NCBI GenBank assembly: GCA_951406725.2
Contig: OX597828.1
Coordinates: 23,126,001 to 23,190,000, forward strand
Origin: Octopus vulgaris
Lineage: Eukaryota
DNA length: 64,000 nt
Direction: 5' to 3'
A program made the position numbers and the translations under genes. Shown here one piece after another: positions 57,675-64,000 of this stretch; within the stretch, counting starts at the first letter, position 1; each line of letters starts with the position of its first letter. The notes beneath the pieces were generated by a model that made no database searches, had not been told where the DNA came from, and saw nothing but the letters and a program-made list of their open reading frames with translations.

Positions 57675-57715
<41 letters not shown>

Positions 57716-58636
57716 GTATAATTTTATATGTTTATACAGATAAGGAATTTGCCCTGGTCCACCAAGTTTACAATCGCTAGTACATAGAAAAATTATCTCC
57801 ATTTTTTTCACATTACCTATTATTGAAAATATAGTGTCACTATGTATTGATGTTGATAACTTTTCATGAACCCTGATAAATGTGAAGGATCAGTTACGCC
57901 CTTAGAAATGTTAAGCACTGATATGTGTGTCCGTGTGCGTGTGTATCAGTGTGTATGTATGTAAGTCTGTCATCATATATATAGTTAGATATACAGATGT
58001 ACTCATATACACACTATGTATATGCACGTGTGTGTAGGCATGTATATATGTAAGTATGTATGTATGCATGTTTTATGTATCTACGTATATAAAGCTATAT
58101 ACATCTAAATAGATATTCACACTTCCACATTTATGAATATATTTGTCTTAGTTGAGATACATCTTTATATATATATATACGTATATATACATATGTACAC
58201 AGACACGCAGGCATATACATACGCAGACGCACACACAGACTTACACGCGCTTATATATATATATGTGCGTGTGTGTGTATGTGTGTATAATACATAGATA
58301 CAAGTGTATACATATTGTGACAGTTTAATTTCTTGATACGACGTTGTCTTCCATCGATAGCCGAGTTAAGAATTATAATTGATAGTTTAGACTACAAAGG
58401 TCCCCAGCCCTGTTTTCATAGCAATGTTGAGATAGTATCTTTCAGATAATGGAGTTAGTCTTGAAACACATTTCAGTTATATTATCACATGTAGACACAT
58501 ACTGTTACACACATGCGCACACATACATGCATACAGTCATTATGCGATTGTGTGCATACATATGTATGCGATTGTGTGCATACATACATCTATACATGTA
58601 CTCGTGCAGGCACAAAGCACACCCACGCACCAAAGA

Positions 58637-58728
<92 letters not shown>

Positions 58729-58749
58729 AGTATGATAGATCGGTAGCGA

Positions 58750-58917
58750 CTACACACGTTTTTATTTTTCTCTCCTTGTTTTTTTTCTGTGTCTCTTTCT
58801 TCAGAAGAGCGTAGGCTCGAAACGTAGAATACTTTTCTATTCCTGAGGGTTATACTAATACATCTGTTTGTTTTGTACAGCACCTGCCTTCGTCTTTTGT
58901 TTTTTCGTGAACTCTCC
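58750..58917 (+). mobile_element. Repeat with degenerate minimal HHR-like module (same family as 41520-41670)
   Basis: GAGC-gtag-GCTC-GAAA-CG-TA at 58807-58826; the 5' core has decayed (CTTCAGA). Followed by cctgagggttatactaatacatc. Confidence 0.5.
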
Positions 58918-58978
<61 letters not shown>

Positions 58979-59011
58979 GCGCGTGTGTGTGTGTGTGTGT
59001 TCTTTTATTTG

Positions 59012-59200
59012 TTTACTTGATTCAGTCATTTGACTGTGTGAATGATGAAGCAGCGCCTTTAATCGAACAAATCGACCCTAAGACATATATATGAGCCTAG
59101 TACTTACTCTATCGATGTATGTTGCCGAACCGCTAAGTTACGGGGATATAAACACACCAACATCGGCTGTCGAACGATAGTGTGGAGACAAACACCGACA
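59012..59200 (-). mobile_element. SINE family A 3' half
   Basis: ttcagtcatttgactg...agcctagtacttactctatcg...ccgctaagttacgggga. Confidence 0.85.
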
Positions 59201-59362
59201 CATAAATACACATTTATAAACATGTGCTTCCGTTGTTTACTGTCATATTTTACATGGCCGATTAAATATATTAGAAAATTGCTTTCGGTTCTTAGCCATC
59301 GCTTCATTTAACGATTGGTTTTACAGTGCTAGAATTATTGAACCAATTCGCTAATGATGTTG

Positions 59363-59452
<90 letters not shown>

Positions 59453-59800
59453 GTTTTTTATGTAACGTACTTCAATCTTCACTTTATTGAAATTGTTGTG
59501 CTAATGCATTAAAATTTACAAGTTATGAAAACTTTCATCGTTCGACTATATAATGTGTTCTTTTGTGCGTGGGTATATTTTGTGGGTTGGTAAATCCTGG
59601 CAACATACGTCGCATTATGCCACCGTGTACCGCGTTCTAATGAAATATTTAGAAATAAGTCTCCTGTGCAATAGATTTGTCTTTATGTCTTGCAAACTGC
59701 TTTCAATTTATTTTATTATTCTCTTAGTTCAAATCATATTCACCTATATAACTTTCCTATCAATATGTGAGTGTGTGTGTGTATGTGTATTTGATTTACG

Positions 59801-59847
<47 letters not shown>

Positions 59848-59983
59848 GATGAATGAATTATCCTAGTATGGATAATTCGGTTAATCGATACCTGGGTAGC
59901 AAATTCACGTCAGTAAAACACGGTTGAGGTTACATGCCAAGGGCCGAGCCCCGTGTTCGTGTGTGGAAATTTGTGTGTTTTTT

Positions 59984-60517
59984 TATATGAATAAATGAAA
60001 ATAATGGAGTTGAACGAAGATTTTAACAATATTCCTTTACTTTCGACATATGTTTCGAAGACTTCATACTCTTAATTCCGAAGGAATGAAGGTTGCATTA
60101 TACCGTCTTCTCATCAGGAAATACAAGGAACCTCTATCAGCCTCAAGACGAACAAAAGCTTCTTACCGTCTGCCTACATGGTTTCCACAGTGATAATAAT
60201 TATTTATTTAAAATAATCCGTTATAAGCAATGACGTCAAAATTGGATGGAAGGAGGAAGTTATAAAAAATAGGAAGGTGACAGTATGTATGCTGTATGTA
60301 TGGGGATTGACGGGTGTATGTTTTGTTAATGAGTTTGAGTGTTTGTGTGTGTGTATGAGTATGTGTATATAACTGCATCTGTGTCTGTCTGTGTGTGTTT
60401 GCAAATGTATGTGTGGGGGGGACAATTACGAGTATGGAGTCTTCGAAATATATGTCGAAAGTAAAGGAATTTTATTAAAATCTTCGTTCAACTCCATTCT
60501 TTTCATTTATTCATATA
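59984..60517. mobile_element. HHR-bearing retroelement remnant (Penelope-like/retrozyme) with 88-bp inverted arms
   Basis: 59984-60071 and 60430-60517 are inverted copies with 5 mismatches. The left arm holds the 3' half of the HHR. Homologous to 44818-44985. Penelope association rests on known HHR-Penelope links; no RT is seen. Confidence 0.6.
60032..60130 (-). ncRNA. Type I hammerhead ribozyme, intact core (copy 2)
   Basis: Minus strand reads UUCCUU-GUA-UUUC-CUGAUGA-GAAGAC-[42 nt]-GUCUUC-GAAA-CAUAUG-UC-GAAA-GUA-AAGGAA. Same architecture as copy 1, with A-U replacing G-C in stem II. Predicted cleavage after C at 60045. Confidence 0.9.
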
Positions 60518-60620
60518 TATATATATATGGCGGTGCCCCAGCATGGCCACAGCTCCTTAGCTGAAACTGGAAAAATCGAAATCAAAATCAAAATCATATA
60601 TATATATATGTGTGTGTGTA

Positions 60621-60758
<138 letters not shown>

Positions 60759-60760
60759 TG

Positions 60761-61061
60761 TGGAGGCGAAATGGACCAGTGGTTAGGGCAGCGGACTCGC
60801 GGTCGTAGGATCGCGGTTTCGATTCCCGGACCGGGCGTTGTTAGTGTTTATTGAGCGAAAACACCTAAGGCTCCACGATGCTCCGGCTGGGGATGGATGC
60901 GATCCGTGCTGTACGCTTTCGCCACAACTTTCTCTCACTCTTTCTTCTGTTGTCTTGCTTACTTAGCCAGCGGAGTTGCATCACTTGATGGCTAAAACAA
61001 TGCGAAGCGCATTGTGACCAGTGATGTGTAGCAACATCTGATAGCCTGGTCGGTCACGTGA
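60761..61061 (+). mobile_element. SINE family C
   Basis: tRNA-like head tggaggcgaaatggaccagtggttaggg...ggtttcgattccc. Tail ...atagcctggtcggtcacgtga. Confidence 0.88.
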
Positions 61062-61285
61062 GATATATATATATATATATACATACATAGATACATACAG
61101 ACGTGTATTCATTATACATATCTATATATTTACATATATATATATATATACATATGTGTGTGTGTGTGGTCGTGTCTATGTATGGATGAGTGTGTTTGTA
61201 TGTACGTATACGTACAAATATTTCTTACGCTCCATTTATGCATACATATATACCCACGGTTATATAAGATTATACGCATATGAAT

Positions 61286-61495
61286 TGGTTTCAAAATTTG
61301 GCACAAGGCCAGCAATTTCGTGGGAGGGCGTATGTCTATTTCACCGACCTCAGTGCTCCACTGGTACTTATTTCATCACCACCGATAATACGAGTGGCGA
61401 AGTAGACCTCCGGAGAATTTGAATTCAGAACGAAAAGACAGGCGAAAAGCGGCCATGTATTTGACAGGCGTGCTAACAATCCAGTCAGGCTATCC
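61286..61495 (-). mobile_element. SINE family B monomer
   Basis: ttcaaaatttggcacaaggccagcaatttcg..ctggtacttattt..gaatttgaattcagaacg..cgtgctaac. Confidence 0.8.
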
Positions 61496-61774
61496 CATTT
61501 CATACGTACATATATTATTATCAGAAAATATTTAAAGGTTTTTTTTTTCTTTCGGATTTCGTATCCGCAAACCTTATTTTCTTAGGAATCATAAATGCTG
61601 GAATGTTCTAAGTGAACTTTCTTGTAACAGATGTGATGAAATTATCAGCATCTCGATTATAATTATTTCCACGTACACATTTAGATACTTAATTTGGCAG
61701 TTTGTAATTATGAGAATATGTTAAAAGTGGTACCTTATACGATTTAACTCATTCATCTAGCTGTGACGACATAA

Positions 61775-61829
<55 letters not shown>

Positions 61830-61967
61830 GTATGTATGTATGTATGTATGTATGTGTGTGTGTGTGCATATGCTTGTGTGTGTGAGTCGCAGAAAACACG
61901 GGAAACGGATAGGAGTAAGAGAAGGTGCCATTGTCTGTGTGTCGTGAATATGGAGTGTCAGTTTGCC

Positions 61968-62009
<42 letters not shown>

Positions 62010-62434
62010 GTATTATCTTGGTATATCTGTTTACATATAAATGCGTTACTGTGTGTATATATATATGTATATATATATATATACATACATCTGTCTCTGT
62101 ATGACTGTGCGAATGTATGCATGTGTTTACACAGAACATATATATTTATATGATTCAACATATAAATAACTTTGTCACTTGATCAATTTTCTTGTTCATT
62201 TGCCGACTGCTTTTTGCTTTATTGAATTATATTGCACTAATTAACCAATTAATTTGCTTTTATTAGTTTCCTTAATCGGGCTACGAATAAGATCAATAAC
62301 AATTATTTCATTATTTATCATTCATACAATGGTAAATGACACATAAACCTATGGCGTCTGTATCGTCTGCATTTATAAATATGTACATGCGTACACAACA
62401 CACTCATACCCACACACTCATACACACATGCACA

Positions 62435-62474
<40 letters not shown>

Positions 62475-62685
62475 GGTATGTTTATATTCACATTTATAGA
62501 GAAGAACCGAAATTACGGTAGGTAACAGAGAAGTAAGTGATATAAATGATGAAACAAAAAGACATGTCTTTTAAAATTGCCGTATTACAAACGGTGTTTC
62601 CGATACTTCGCGAAAAATGCTTACCATGTGCCACATGAAGACATACAAACACCAATATACCATCATATATACCTACATACATATA

Positions 62686-62762
<77 letters not shown>

Positions 62763-63782
62763 GGTCAGTATGTATGTATATGTGTGTTTATATATACGGA
62801 GTCAGTTAACTGAATTATTGTGTATACATACATATGTAAACATTCGCTCAACTAAGCCAGAACAATCTAGATTTCTGTAAAGAGACCTGCTAATGTGTAA
62901 GTCGCATACAGCTGATGACTGCAATTTTATATGTAATTACTACTCGCAAGTACAGACACACACACCCATATACACATACACACACATATGTAGGCGCAGG
63001 TCTGGCTCTGTGTCAGTCTGTGTAAATGTTTACGTTTGAAGACAATATTAATGATTTTCCTATTCAATGTCAATTGCTTTATTTTATTTGCCATATAACG
63101 AAGACAGAATTAATTATATTAATGTAGTCTGGACAAACACACTTCGTTCTTTTATTTTTCTCTCGACTATTTTTCAAGTGTTTCCGAGAGGAGCTTTTTT
63201 ATAACAAGATTACTTCTTGAAGCTTCACTTATACGTTTGGTAAATTATAATAGAAATGTGTAAGGATTCTTCACTAAGCGAAACATCTCCGAAACAACTA
63301 TTATAAAGTATTCTCTGGCTCTTCAATTGTATCGTCATTTTCACCTTACAATCCATTACGTGCTCTTGAGATTTGCATTCAATGTGGATATTTTCGATAT
63401 CGTATATCACTAAACTGCATTGTAATACGGAAGAGGAACTTAATTTAGCTTAACCCACCAAACAGATACAACGCTATGAAAACATAACCAGAAATTTCGT
63501 CCGTCTGTTTAATATATGAGAGAATAACTAAACGTATTTTCTGCTGTAATAAATATTAATTTCAGGTACAAGTTTTCTGATACCATCGCTTCCCAGATTC
63601 TACATTAAACTCTAACATATTGACGCAGTATATTACGCGTACAGTCTGTCTGGTTACAAAATTCAGAAAGTCCACTACTGATCATTCGATAATTCCAGTT
63701 GGTGAAAGGATATATTTGGATGGAGTATACGACATATCGAAACGAAATATCTCGGCAAATGTAAGATTTACTCGCTATATAG

Positions 63783-63848
<66 letters not shown>

Positions 63849-64000
63849 CATTAATAAATAAAATAAAACATATGCATATATATAAACATATATGTACGTA
63901 CCTACCTCTACATGTACATATACACGCATATATGAGTACAGGACACCAAAAGGACGTTGAACACAATGGGAAACGAAAACATAGACACAAACCAAAGGAA

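Noticed and set aside
63930-64000. Complex sequence beginning after (AT)n at the window end, possibly another repeat
   Set aside because: Truncated by the window edge; too short to classify.

Overview
This is AT-rich, non-coding animal DNA saturated with microsatellites ((AT)n, (AC)n, (AGAT)n, (ATAC)n, (ATT)n). The repeat landscape strongly suggests an octopus or other coleoid cephalopod, but that is inference. No protein-coding gene can be supported: nearly all listed ORFs are microsatellite read-throughs. Recognisable content: (1) many copies of at least four tRNA-derived SINE families, labelled A-D here, including dimeric and head/tail-chimeric copies; (2) an internally deleted Tc1/mariner element of DD37D (maT) type; (3) a split Helentron-type non-autonomous element; (4) a possible solo LTR and decayed hAT-like MITEs; (5) several hammerhead-ribozyme (HHR) modules, the most notable content. 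Two copies of one family (44872-44954 and 60032-60130, minus strand) have an intact catalytic core, a compensatory base-pair change in stem II and a palindromic minimal stem III. One of them overlaps one arm of an 88-bp inverted repeat, an architecture typical of Penelope-like or retrozyme retroelements. Degenerate HHR-like modules of three other families are also present.
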